DNA of 64,000 bases, taken from assembly GCF_009914755.1 (NCBI RefSeq), contig NC_060941.1. One strand, given 5' to 3'. The position numbers and the translations under genes were made by a program. The stretch comes from the human T2T-CHM13v2.0 reference genome, Homo sapiens. The notes beneath the pieces are model-generated. The model was not told the origin of the DNA and did not search any database. It was given only the letters and a program-made list of their open reading frames with translations. Positions 28,197 through 40,800 of this stretch are shown here, one piece after another; position 1 is the first letter of the stretch; every line of letters starts with the position of its first letter.

Positions 28197-30980
28197 GTGT
28201 CTGAAGAACTGAATTAAAATTCTAGCTTTAAGTGACCTTGAATAGTCATTTTTTAGCCTGAATGAACCCCAGTTTACTTATTTTGTATCGTGGGGATTAG
28301 GCTGAGTGTTATACTTGATGGCAGTTATAAAGACATTTGTACCTTGCAAATTTGTATGCCTGAGGAAAGAGATGTTTTTATTTTATTTTCAAAGGTGAGG
28401 TAATAGGTTGAATCTCTGTCCAATGTAGAGTTAGAGTTTCTGTTTACCAAAATTAATATTGCAGATTTTATCTAGTTAGGGCATAAATGAACAGAGAGTT
28501 CCTAAATTGAGAATACCATATTTTCTTCCAGAAAATCCAGTGACATCCAGTTAATAAACTCTTTTCATAAACACATGCCTCCCTGGAACTGATGATAGAT
28601 GGGGTGAACTTGCTATATTTTTCATATTTAAGATGAAAGGCAACTTTATGAGTCCCCGACTAAAGCCTAAGAGAATCAACTCCAAAGAAACATAGCTCTC
28701 ACAGTCTTCTTCCCACACATTCCTCTTCTTCTAAAATTGGTTTGTCTTTTGTTGTTGTTGTTTTTATTTTGAAGGATTACTCCCTCAGGAAGAAAATAAA
28801 TTCAATCTTTACCAAGATTTTAATAGAGGAAATATCAACCACCCCAGGTCAAATGCAATGGGAAAGCAAGTTTGACCTTGTTCGTGAGACAAGCATATGT
28901 CTTCATTCATTTCATCATTCTCCTTGATAAAGTTGCAGTCTCATTGAAAAGCTTTTACATTGACAGGGCCAAATACCTACTGAATTTCTCTCACATGAAG
29001 ATGGGGAGGCCGCTTCTGGCTTTGGCTGGGATTCTAGGAGTCAGATTTAGGATGGTGAGAGATAGAAAATCTGGCAAGAGCTTTCACGGCTCCCTGCCAT
29101 TTTAATCTGCAAACCTGAACTTGCTTTTGTGCCTAACCATATTTAGATTGGTGTCTAGATTTCATATGATCTGTTTGTTTCTGACTTGCCTCCCTTCTCA
29201 GATGGTGCATCTGATATCTTCCTTGTAGGGTTTTTATTCCACAACTGTCGACAAGGGATGCCATGTCTCTTTCTTGGCCCATGTTTGAGAATGTCCTCAA
29301 ATCCATTTATCTGAACCTAAAAGCTTGACCCCTTTACATTTAGAGTGAGAACTAAAGCATTTGGTACAAAGTATACACTAAGGAGTGGATCTTTTCTCCC
29401 ACTTCCTCTCCTTCAGTTACAGCACAAGATCACAGCTCTGTCCACGATCATGTCTAACTTTCATTTTCATCCCTTTCCAGGATTTAGGTTCAGCCTTTAG
29501 TCTGCTGAGACATGAGACTTTAGAGTCTGTCTTCGTAGGTTAAAAATCTTGGATTGGAACCCAGATGTGTGGGCAGCCAGCTCAGGGGTGTGAAGCTTAC
29601 ACAATAAATTGGACATAACAGAGTTCCCGTGCAACCATTTGCACCAGTTACCTTTCCTTTGCAGCCTTGCTATTGTTTGCAGACAGAATGGCTAAAGGTT
29701 ATTTCTGATCCCTTGAGGGACCTTATCAGGATTTATATCAGTAATTAAAAGCATGCTGCCTTAGGCAGCTGAATGCATCCAACAGTACACTTTCAGGCAG
29801 GAAACAGTGAGTTACTCCCATTCACTCCCTACCAACTATAGCACTTATTTGAACACTTTATCTTGGTCCAGCTGCCAGAAAACTTTCATTCTCTTCCCTT
29901 ACATGCAGGGAGCCGCCTTTCCTTGGATATCTGAACCTGGAAACATTTAACATTCTCCCAGGAAATAACCCCATTCAAAGCTATTGTTTTTAAGTGCTAG
30001 AGTGATTGACTTGAAAGTAACTTGCGTAAATCAGTGGTGTTGATTACTAAACACAATGGTAATTACTAGGGAGGATAATGAAAACACAGTATAGTTGTAT
30101 AAATAATATGTGACAATTGAAAGTAGAACCTATAATGGGCTTTTAATATCATTTACTGCAGTTAAAGGAACGGAGTTGGGAGGTACGTGGCTTGCGTGCT
30201 TATGCTATTTTCCCTGTTTCCTCATGTGGCAAAAATTGTTAAGTAATCACAGTATTTTCGTATCTGTACCTGAAAGCTTCACAGCTCTGTCCACTGGTTG
30301 AATCCTTCTCAACCAGTTCTTCGGGTAGCCATTATCAGCCAATTAGTTTTCTCTAAAAAAGTAAAATAAGGTTTTCTATCCTAACAATGGAGTATATATG
30401 TTCACATTGGACAGTGAGTTATTTAAGGGTGATGACAGGTTTTATTCACCTCTGTGTTCCTAGCACGCAGACTCAGTACTTGACACATAATAAATACTCG
30501 GTAAATAGTTATTAAACAGAACACCTGATAATGCTCAATTGCTGATTAAGCACTCCCTATTGAGTCAAGAAGAGTTCCCCACCCAGTGTGTTTATATGTA
30601 GAATGAGCTAGGGATATGTAGATACACTGCCTTCCTTAGTTGTTAAGAAGCTTTTCTGAAAGTGGACAGAGCCCCCGAGGCAGAGGCTTCCTCCTGTAAG
30701 CAGCCTTATCTAACCACTTTAGTGTGCTCCTACATGTGTCATCATTTTCTTTGTTTAGCCTGATGTGAAAGTTGGACTAGGTTGGATGATCCTCTCTGGA
30801 TAACATTAAGTTTGAGTAACTCACACTGATATTAGCTCACCTAGATAATAGCTCTATATTTCTTGATGAAGTATTTCAATTCCTTAAGATCTCAGATAAT
30901 CACAATCAGAAAAATACATTAACCATGTAAAGAAAGAATCTGCCTAACAATATTTAGATTGGTGTCTGGGTGTCATACGA

Positions 30981-31312
30981 GACTTTAAAGATGGAGAGGC
31001 CCAGGTAGCAAGGATCTGAGGGAGATCTCTAGGATGTAACAGCAGCCTCTAACAGCTGAGAGAAACCCCCATTGACAGTCAGCAAGAACGAAGCAACTGA
31101 ATTCTGCCAACAACCATGTGAGCCAGAGGACCACGAGATCCAGATGAGAATGCAGCCCAGATGATACAGTGATTTCAGCCTTTGAGGCCCGGAGTAGAGA
31201 AGCTAGCTATGTCGTGCTTGGGCTTCTGACCTACAGAAATTGTGACATTAATAGTGGTTGTTTAAGTCACTGTATTTGTGGTAATTTATTATGCAGCAAT
31301 AGAAAATTATAG
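30981..31312 (+). mobile_element. MLT1E-like LTR, 3' part
   Basis: aactgaattctgccaacaacc...ttctgacctacagaaattgtga...ttgtggtaatttattatgcagcaatagaaaa. Confidence 0.8.
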
Positions 31313-31537
31313 AAAGTATTTTTAATCTGATCTGTTTGGGTCTCTTATCAGTCTCATTGAAGATTTTCAATGGCCTTTCGGAATTACGGGACTTACCCAG
31401 CTCTGCCAGGTATTATAGATATGTATTTTCACGCATGTCTTTCTAAATAGCTTGTAAGCTAGCTGAAGATGGAGTCTAGTTCTTCTCATTGTTCCTCCTT
31501 AAATAGTCCAGTGTAGGGCTTAATAAATATTTGTTAG

Positions 31538-31812
31538 TTTGGAAGGCCAAGGTGGGAGGGTTTCTTTAGTCCAGAAGTTCGATACCAGCCTGGGCAACAT
31601 AGCAAGGTTCTGTCTCTACAAATTTTTTTTTTAATTAGCTGGGTGTGGTGGTGCATGCCTATAGTCCCAGCTACTTGGGAGCCTAAAATGGGAGGATCCC
31701 TTGAACCCAGGAGATCAAGGCTGCAGTGAGCTATGATTGTGCCACTGTACTCCAGCCTGAGCAACAAAGCGAGACCCTGTCTCAAAAAAAAAAAAACCAA
31801 AAAAAAAAAAAA
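31538..31812 (+). mobile_element. Alu SINE (AluJ), 5'-truncated
   Basis: tttggaaggccaaggtgggagg...gatcaaggctgcagtgagctatgat; poly-A tail. Confidence 0.92.
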
Positions 31813-33989
31813 CTTTTTTTATTGGGTTGAATTGCATTTGTAAAGCATTTGGTCTTCTGCAAAACATTCATTGCCCTGATCTCAGGTGAGCTTCACTGCG
31901 ACCAAGATATTGAGATAGGGTAGAGAAGGAAGCTAAAGCACAAAAAGGAGAAGAGATTTGCCTGGGGTTAAAAGCAATAATCTCTACAGCTTCATAATTC
32001 CCAGTCCAGTATGCTTTCACTACATTAGCGCTTTCTCCACGACAAGGATTAGGATGTAAAGTATCTTAACTTTGAGTGGAATTTTGTTGCAAAAGACCTT
32101 GAGGGTTCTGATGGTTCTAAACCAAGGGGAACAATGCCGAGACTTTTGAGTTCCATTTTGTATTTTCCAGAACATTAGGACTTACGTGCTTGTTTTTCCT
32201 GCTCCATTTCTGAAGGACAAGATAATCAAGGAAAATGTTCCTTTGCTTTATAATAAGATCAAAATGACAAACTTGTTGCCTTAAGGCATTATTTCAAAGG
32301 CATTCACTCTCATGAGTATCTTGGCTGTTCAAATTTAATCTGAGCTTATTAGAGAAATTAGGGTTCTTGGCATTTTTGAAGGTACCCCTCTAATGGCATT
32401 AGACCATTAGATGGTTCAGATCACCAGATGATTTAGAAGGACTTTAGAATTGAGCATACTATTTCTTGGTGCCAAGACCATCTGGATTCTTCAAATGTCA
32501 GCATTAATTAATTATTAATTAATTCAATTCTTTAACAGGTATTTGAGTGCCCACTATGTGAGAGCCACTATACAAAGCACCAGAAATAAAGTGGTATACA
32601 AAAACAGACCTGCTCTCAGCTTCTCAGTGAGCCAGTCATGTTGTAAAGCTGTCCTTGATTCCAAGGAAGAGTTTTAGAACTTCAACTCTATGACCTGTCT
32701 ATTCAACCCACATATGAGACAGATCCATTATAATCATTACCCCATTGTATAACAGCTCTTTTTTTGCCTCTAGGTTTATTAATCCAGCCTATAAGCTTCT
32801 CTAGACCTAGGACTATGGTGCCTGCACAGAAGATGTGCTCAACATATAACTGATTAAATAACTTAATGAGTAAATGAAGGACTGGACTCGTTTGTGGGCC
32901 ATATTTGGAGGTGACTTTGTAAACTCTAACAGCATGGGATTTTAATAAGCTGTCTTCATAGCTTGGACCATGGTAGGTATTCAATACATATTCATCGAAC
33001 GCAAGTGTTCTTCGCAATCAGGGAACATTTTATTTGCTTCAAATGTGATAGGAGTTCTGAGCCTACTACCCATAGGGTCTCATTCCCAAGGGAGAAAATT
33101 CAATTATCAAAATTTTGAACAGGCCCAAATCAGATTTTCTGTCACCCCTTTTTGTGCTTAGGAATCTGGTGATGTTGCAACAGCTGTTTATAATTGCAAC
33201 CCAAATCCCAAATTAGCAAGGCAAAGTGGAAGAATCAGCTAGCCATTACTCCTGGCCCCTTAAAGCACCTTTAAAAAAAACCTGCCGCAGCGACATTGAC
33301 ACTACTTTTGGAGGCTTTAAATAACTACCAGTTCTGACTGTGGGCTCCTAAGCTGAGCAGCCCCTGCGCACATTGTGTCCCTGGCTCCCCTGGTAGCAGA
33401 AAGCTAATCAACACACCCTGGAAACCCCTGTTAGACCTCAGGCTCTGTTAGCAACAACACAACAAACAAAGGGCTTCTGGGTGTGAACTTCTGGCTGCTT
33501 CAAGAATGGTTGCTAAAATAAGGGGGTCAAAGCTACAGGTGTTCTCAGCCTTCAGAACAAGCTACTAGTGCAGAGTCAAGGCTGGGCAAGTTTGGCTGGG
33601 CCTAAGAGAAAGTTCTTAGGGTAATAGTCATGGACGGTCATGGACCATTCTGCAGACCAAAGTGACAAAGAAGCAAGGTAGCTGTGTTTGTTTTCTTACA
33701 GGACATAGCAATTGTCTAATTAAATTCTCTGCCCTTCTAAGTCATTATCTATATGACTTCTGGTTATCTTTTGATAACACAGATTGGACTGCGTTATTTC
33801 TGCTTAAAATTCACATCTGAATTGCCAGGACATAGAGAATTATGGCAATTCCATGGCAAGCATTTAGTCTCCTTCCACCATCTGGTCATAACTTACTTAC
33901 CAACCTTATCTTTGGCCACCATTGTCTATGAACACTGGGTTTCAACTTCATTGCCCTTTATCCCCCAAACATGCCATTTGCTTTATTCT

Positions 33990-34180
33990 TCAGGGGACAT
34001 TTGGTTTGGCAATGTTTGGAGACATTTTTGTTTGTCACAACTGGACAGGAATGTGCTACTGAAAATTTAGTGGACAGAGGTCAGGCATGCGGCTAAACAT
34101 TATACAATGCACAGGACCTCGCCCTAAATAATGAGTTATTCAGCCCAAGATGTCAGTGGTGCCAAGGTACAGAAACTCTG
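33990..34180. mobile_element. MER20 (hAT-Charlie) within an L2 fragment
   Basis: caggggacatttgg...ggagacatttttgtttgtcacaactgg...gctaaacattatacaatgcacaggac...gccaaggtacagaaactctg. Confidence 0.85.
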
Positions 34181-34346
34181 ACATAAGCACTTAACTCTAC
34201 CTAAAATACCCTTCCTTGTTCCTTTCTCCTGCTGTCTTTTCTCAAACTGGTGAAATGCTATTCATCTTCCAAGCCCTGCTTTAATTTTCCCCCCTCTGTG
34301 AAGCCTTTCTCAACCCCACTTCCCTTCTTTTGTTGCTTTAGTTCCC

Positions 34347-34670
34347 TTTTTTTTTTTTTTTTGAGATGGAGTCTCGCTCTGTCGCCCAGGCTGGAGTGCA
34401 GTGGAGTGACCTCGGCTCACTGCAAGCTCCGCCTCCCAGGCTCACTGCAAGCTCCGCCTCCCAGGTTCATGTCATTGTCCTGCTTCAGCCTCCTGAGTAG
34501 CCAGGACTACAGGCGCCCGCCGCCACCATGCCAGGCTAATTTTTTGTATTTTTATTAGAGACGGAGTTTCACCATGTTAGCCAGGATGGTGTCGATCTCC
34601 TGACCTCGTGATCCGCCTGCCTCGGCCTCCCAAAGTGCTGGGATTACAGGCGTGAGCCACCGCGCCCAGC
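34347..34670 (-). mobile_element. AluY with an internal 25-bp tandem duplication
   Basis: gcaagctccgcctcc, ttagccaggatgg and cctcgtgatccg diagnostics; many CpGs intact; TSD tgctttagtt. Confidence 0.95.
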
Positions 34671-36489
34671 TGCTTTAGTTTCTTGGTCCAATATGGTAGT
34701 AATATTACGTCCTAAGGTCTAATATTATGTCCTAACCTCTATTAAAATACTTTAAACATTTTACTTTTTTTTTGAAAGAAGAATAGACAACAAGGGTTAC
34801 TTTCTCATTTAGAACTCAGAAAATCTTCTTAAACCTCCAATTCTGTGTTTGGTGTGAGTTCATACCACACCCCGTTGTCCCGAGGGTTTCTGCGGATTGA
34901 AGTCACACTGAGCTCAGCTGGCTGCATCCTTGGCTTGTGGGTTGTCACCATACTGTGTGTGCCAGAGTCAGTGCTACACCACCTCAGCCCAAACAGGAGG
35001 AAATGCAGGCCTTTCCTCCGTATTTTCAAAACCCCTACTCACACAAGGCAATCTTAGCAGAGTAAATTTTACTGGAAGGAGGTGGGGAGGCAGTTTGCTC
35101 TGCAGCAATGCAAACAATTTCAAAGTGGACACTGGACATCTCAGTTCTAAAAGCTTCAGCCACTTCACCCAGCAGATGTTTCCAAAGTTGCCTCCCATGT
35201 TGTGCTCCCGGTGCAGCACCAGCCACACTAGTGGTTCTCTCTGTCCCTGACTCTCTTGCCTCCACCTCACCTATTCCCTCTGGGATTAGCTCCAAGAAAT
35301 CTAATTTATTTTCACCTTCTTGTGTTTATTTCTGCCTTCCTCCTTTCCCTCAACTCGAATCTGTGTCCACCTTTGCTCAAGCATATCAACTGAAGCACTC
35401 AGAAGGAAAAACAAAGAGCAGTACATTTCCAGAATGACCTTGGAAGGCAGGTTTGGTTAAAAAATAGCAATTATTTTCCCTTTATTATATTTTTCTATCT
35501 GATGCCCCATCTCAAAACCACTTTCTTCAAGAACACAGACTGAAACTCCTTTATCTATATTTCAGGGCTTAGGACAGTGTTGGGTACGTTATTGATGATC
35601 AAGGAATACTGAAGAGCTGTTTTCCTATTTTGGTGCAGATGTGGAGAGAGGATTGCTTGAGACTCTTCCCAGCTCTTGAGATTCCATGTAGGTTGTGAAC
35701 ACTGAGGAGTGTGTGGAGCTTATGTCTGAACTTCACCTCTCTAATGTGACCATCCCTGAAATGAAAAGAAAACCAGTGCTAAATGGAAATACCTTCTTTC
35801 TTTCCCTCCCACAGCTCGTGCATATCTCTTCTACACTCAATCAGCATCTCTAGAGGAGGTGCCAGCTCTCTCAACAAGTAATTCCTTTTGGCCCCATCAC
35901 AGAAGGGAAGTACAATCAACAGCAATGAAGCTTCTTTATTCCTTGCTAATTTAGTGCCACGACACATGATATGCACAGCTTTGTGAGTGGGAGGGTTTCA
36001 AAGCAGGAAGCTTTGGATCTGACTTAGGGAGGCTGGTTATCCACTTACGATACTTGACTTAGCAGAAGCCAGTCTTTGTGAAAGCTGTTATGGGGCCCCC
36101 TGCTGGCATTGTGACATGGAGACACTTCATCTTCAGTGAACCTACAGTTCCCTCTGGGAAGCTTCAAGTTCAACAGGGCTGTGGACTTGCAGAGATTCTT
36201 GCTGTAGGCTAGGAAAGTAGATTGTAGTACTAGTACTACTGCTAGTACTACGTTTTCTACTATCTTTGGGTTTCTTGGGCCACTTTGAAACTCTAACCAC
36301 AGTGTTTTCAAACTTGCAATGGTAAAATGCATTGTAAATAAAAATTTTAACTTAAAGAATACAAATTTTTTGAATACACAATTTATTTGGAATTTTATAT
36401 CATAGTAGCAAGAATAAGAACACCATTAAGATATTGTTAGAAGCATTTTCAATAAGAAAACTGATAAACTGTGCATACAAACATCATGG

Positions 36490-36710
36490 ATGAAAGGTAA
36501 TGTAGTGAAAAAGAGGGAGTGGGATGGCAGGGAACATAGGCAGATCTGATTCCTAATTCCAGTCTTGCCAACAGCTAGCTCTGAGAACTTAAATCATGAT
36601 CTCAGTTTCCTCATCTCTCTGTAAAAACAGGATAACAGTAGTTATCCTGCCAAGAGTATAGATTTGCAAGGTGGATCTAAGGAAACAGAGGATTTGGAAA
36701 AGTTTGGGGA
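36490..36710 (+). mobile_element. MIR SINE
   Basis: ctaattccagtcttgcca...ctcagtttcctcatct...gtaaaaacaggataacagta. Confidence 0.7.
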
Positions 36711-37624
36711 ACTTAAAATAGTTTTGCAGAGAATAACAATAACATTGGCGTTATCTGGGCTACAATGGCTAAACCAGGTGATGGTCTTGTAGCAGTCTTT
36801 TGAGAGAGTGGGCCATGATCATGGCAAACTGACATTGTCCAGGCTTTCTGCTTAAATGGGCCCTCTGTTGTTTGGAGTTGCATTCACTGACACTTTTCAA
36901 GCAGTTCAGACAGTGTGGGGAGGAGTAAGATGTGGTTCTGGATGATGGTGGTATGAAAACCCTGAAACCACTATGCCTAGGAGCCTCCCACAGATTTTTG
37001 GAGATCCCCAGGTGGTCACTGGGAACATTCCTTCAGGGCCTTTCAAGGGTGTTTACTGTGGCAGTGGGAGGGGCCCTGGAATTAGATACCATGGAGACCT
37101 CCCTGAAAGAGACCCTGCAGTTCCATGGCCTCAGGCTAACCACAAAAAAAACAAGAACTTCCGGTTCAGTGGCAAATACCATTTTTTATAACTGGGGACC
37201 TAATCATTAAAACTAAAGGGCTTGTGTGCAATTTTAGGTACAGGACCAAGACTAGTCTTCCCAAAGACAGGTCCAGGAGGGCCTTCCTTCACTAATCCAT
37301 CATTTTTCTGTTACCCTGAAGTTAGGTTCCTGTCCATGAATGCCCATCCTGTTTCTTTATGTGTGTGGGGGGTATTTTCTCCTTCAAGTTGGTACAAATC
37401 CCACAAAAGGCTCTATAGGACATGTCAGTGTTGGGAAAGATGGAATTCTATGGGTACTGTTCATCTCTCAGGAGCTCCACCACAGTAAGCATATTTTACA
37501 AGATGTGAAATATATCCATTAACAAACTTGAGGACGGCAAAGGAGTTCAGGAAATAGATGCCTATGGCTGATAAGAATTAACTTCAGAAGGCTCTTTCTC
37601 AACCCTCTGTCTCACTCCTAGTTG

Positions 37625-38085
37625 TTGTAGGAAAGAGAGGGCACCCTTAAGTGGGGCAATTGAGGGAAATTTAATGAAATGACTATTTACAAAGAAGTGG
37701 AACAGTTAAAGGAAATCAACAAGGGATAGGAAAGCATTTAAGAGCTAGCAATAGCTGGGAGCCATTATCATCCTCAGATCTGATGGGGTAAGGGGAGAGA
37801 GTGGTTATGTGAGTACAAAGAAAGGTGTAGGAGAGAGACACTGAATAGGAACCGAAGGCTTGGGTGGAGGAACACAGTGACTAAAACCCCTAGTCCAGCA
37901 ACAAGGGAGCAGGGATACGGCTACCCTATCTCGTTATCTTCCCACCCTTTTTTCTCCTTCCAGGGCTTCCCATTGGCCGAACCTAACAGGAAGCCAAAAG
38001 ACAAGAACAAATGTGGAGGCTGCACATAGTCCCGGGGCGGGGGGCGAGAACCTTTCAGACAGGAAAATGGAACATATCCAGCATA
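37625..38085 (-). mobile_element. Ancient ERV LTR (LTR78-like)
   Basis: tttaatgaaatgactatttacaaag...gctagcaatagctgggagccattatcatcc...cccattggccgaacctaacaggaagcca. Confidence 0.6.
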
Positions 38086-39299
38086 TTTTTGTTGTCTAAA
38101 ATATCCTATTTGAGAACCAAACAAACAAAAACAACACCATGATTTAGTAGAAAGAGCATAGAGCCACGATTGAGAAGACCAACATTCTAATCTAGTCCCA
38201 GCTCTGCTACTGACTTGCCAAAAAGTCTTGGGTTGGCCACGTGGCACCCCTATGTGTTGGTACCTTCCCTTCTCCCTTCTCTAGGGTGCTGTGTGGATGA
38301 AGAGGGTTTATCAGTACAGGTGAGTGGTGAACGTGAAAAGAACAGCTGGAGCCCTGGTAAGGAGATGGGGGAGAGGAAGCAGCCACAGGTGCTGTAACTT
38401 AGGAAGAGGGAGAAGAGTAGTAATGGGGACACTCATAATCTGATGGTGAAGGAATAAGGGCAGGAGGAACAAAATTATGAGATTAAGCCAAACCCCGAGA
38501 CGTTCCTCTCCTCTCATGTTCAGCAAGGCATTGGGGGATGTTCACTGACAGCTGCAGATGTAAGCATTAACAAGAGAAGATAGGGAGGCTCTGTTTATTC
38601 CCGGGTAAAAGGAACACTAACTATTTTCAGTTTGTGGTTGCTTGCTGTTCTTGCCTAGTTGCCAGACAGCACATCGGAGAGAGATGATCATGCATCTCAA
38701 TGCCCATGGGTTTCAAATAGACTCGGTCTCTGTTTGCTGCTCATTCTTTAGCATGAGTCAGTAGAGTAGGGGATCTGCTCACAACTAAAGAGAATATTAG
38801 AAGAGACAATACCTAAGGGATATCAATGAAGTACAGACCTTACCCAAGTCTCACAGTGAAAACATAGGAGAGGAGTGTGAGATAAGTGGAAGAGTTACAA
38901 GAGATGGATCAAAAGCAAATGTGTACAATCCCTTCCACGCAAGGGCTAAGCCAGGTAGAGAGAATATCTGCACAGACAGATCACTGCTGGGGTGAGATCT
39001 AGATACATGGAGCTGGGTTCACTGTCCTTGTTCCTTGTTTGGTGTCTTCTCAAAGCCACCAAGATTTGGAAAGGCCACAGTCAGGACAAGTCCTGGTTTG
39101 CTATTCCAGGAAGTAGAAGTCTAAGGGAAGAAGAGCAAACAAAGTCAAGAGAATTCAGATTTAAAGATATAGAGCATCTAAGGGCTCTAGATACTTCCAA
39201 TCACACCTTCAACCAAATCTTCCACCAGGTCCTATAAGAGGCACCTGGGACTTGGGAAACTACTCCAGATACCACCTAGGTTGCCCTCTATTTCAACAC

Positions 39300-39580
39300 T
39301 AGTCAATGATCCTTCTCAATTCAGTCGTCCCTTACTCAGGGAAATCTTTTGTGACCTCCCTGACCAGGTCAAATCCTCCTTTTACAGCCCTGGGGGACAC
39401 TGCCTGTGTAACACTTACCCGGTTTTACAATGATTTTATTGGTGCCTGCCTCTCCCATAGTGTGTAGGCTGCACAAAGCCATGCCTATTTGCAGAGCATT
39501 GCACACCCAGATCCTAATTCACCCTATGGAGCTGTATAGGTTCTTTGTTACATCAGTTAGATGGATCATGGAGCAACAAA
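39300..39580 (+). mobile_element. L2 3' fragment
   Basis: ctcagggaaatctt...tgcctgcctctcccatagtgtgtaggct. Confidence 0.55.
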
Positions 39581-39897
39581 TAAATGTCTGGTTTCTCAGA
39601 TTCTTGGCCTGTTTCCTGGTACCTGGGATCTCTTGCTCAGCTTGGCCTCTTGACATTGATGATTGAGTTGCATCTTTTGCCTGGCTTTGGGAAACTGCTT
39701 GGCTCCAAAGTCTATGTTAAACAGATTAGATAACCGTAGACACAGGAACTACACAAGTGATAGAAGAACAAAGTAGTTGAAGGTACAAGTAAGAAGGACC
39801 AGGACTATTGATGACAAGAAAGCGAGGTTACAATTCATTTTTATTGAGTTTTGACCTGCCTGTATGGGTAAGGTGTAGAATCAAGAAAGCCATGAGA

Positions 39898-40212
39898 GGC
39901 CGGGTGTGGTGGCCTGTAATCCTAGTACTTTGCGAGGCTGAGGTGGGTGGATTGCTTGAAATCAGGAGTTCGAGACCATGAGACCAGCCTATGTGACACA
40001 GTTAAACCCTGTGTCTACAAAAAAATACAAAAATAACCAGGCATGGTGGCATGTGCCTATAGTCCTAGTTACTTGTGGAACTGATATGGGAGAATCACTT
40101 GAGCTCAGGAGGTTGAGGCTGCAGTGAGCAGTGATGGTACTACTGCCCTCTAGCCTGGTCTAGCTTAGGTGACAGAGCAAGACCCTGTGTCAAAAAACAA
40201 ACAAAAAAAGGC
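39898..40212 (+). mobile_element. Alu SINE (AluJ)
   Basis: Diverged dimer; TSD ccatgaga at 39890 and 40216. Confidence 0.92.
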
Positions 40213-40569
40213 AAACCATGAGAAAAGAAACTCAAAGAATGTCCTGAAGTACTGTACTGTATACAATCAAGCAATTTGACTAAAGGAATATTGAACTCAT
40301 CAATTTAGACCCTTTAGATCTCTATATGTGAATAGCTTTCTTACTGCTCTCTTGTGTCTTGTACTCCTAGTTTATTCTGAAGAATGCCTCCAAATTAATC
40401 CCTCCAAAATATCTGTTTGCTTCAAAATTGCTTTCAATTCACACACCTAAAGAACAAACAAACAAAAGCATTCACCTCTTTAATGGCCCTTTCTGGTAGT
40501 ATTTCCCATCCTGGAGGCCCCAGGTTCCTGGAAGACTAGAATTAAGAGTTAAGAATGTTATTTTTGACT

Positions 40570-40800
40570 AATTGTTTATTAAGCACTTTACTAGATCCAA
40601 AGTACTCTGCTGAATGCATTGTATTTATTTTCATATTTAACCTTCACAAAAACCCTATGGGATGGAAACTCTCATACACATTTTATAGATGAGGAAAATA
40701 AAGCTCAAAAATTAGTAACTTGTTTAAAATCAGACTTAAAATCACACATTCAGGGATGGAGTCAGGGTTTGAATCCATACCCATCTAATCCTGGGACTTA
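40570..40800 (-). mobile_element. MIR SINE
   Basis: tttattaagcactt...catttaaccttcacaaaaaccctatgg...ttttatagatgaggaaa. Confidence 0.8.

Noticed and set aside
33381-33399. CTCF-like motif (ctaccaggggagcc, minus)
   Set aside because: One G short of the core and mismatched at the conserved CC; too weak to call
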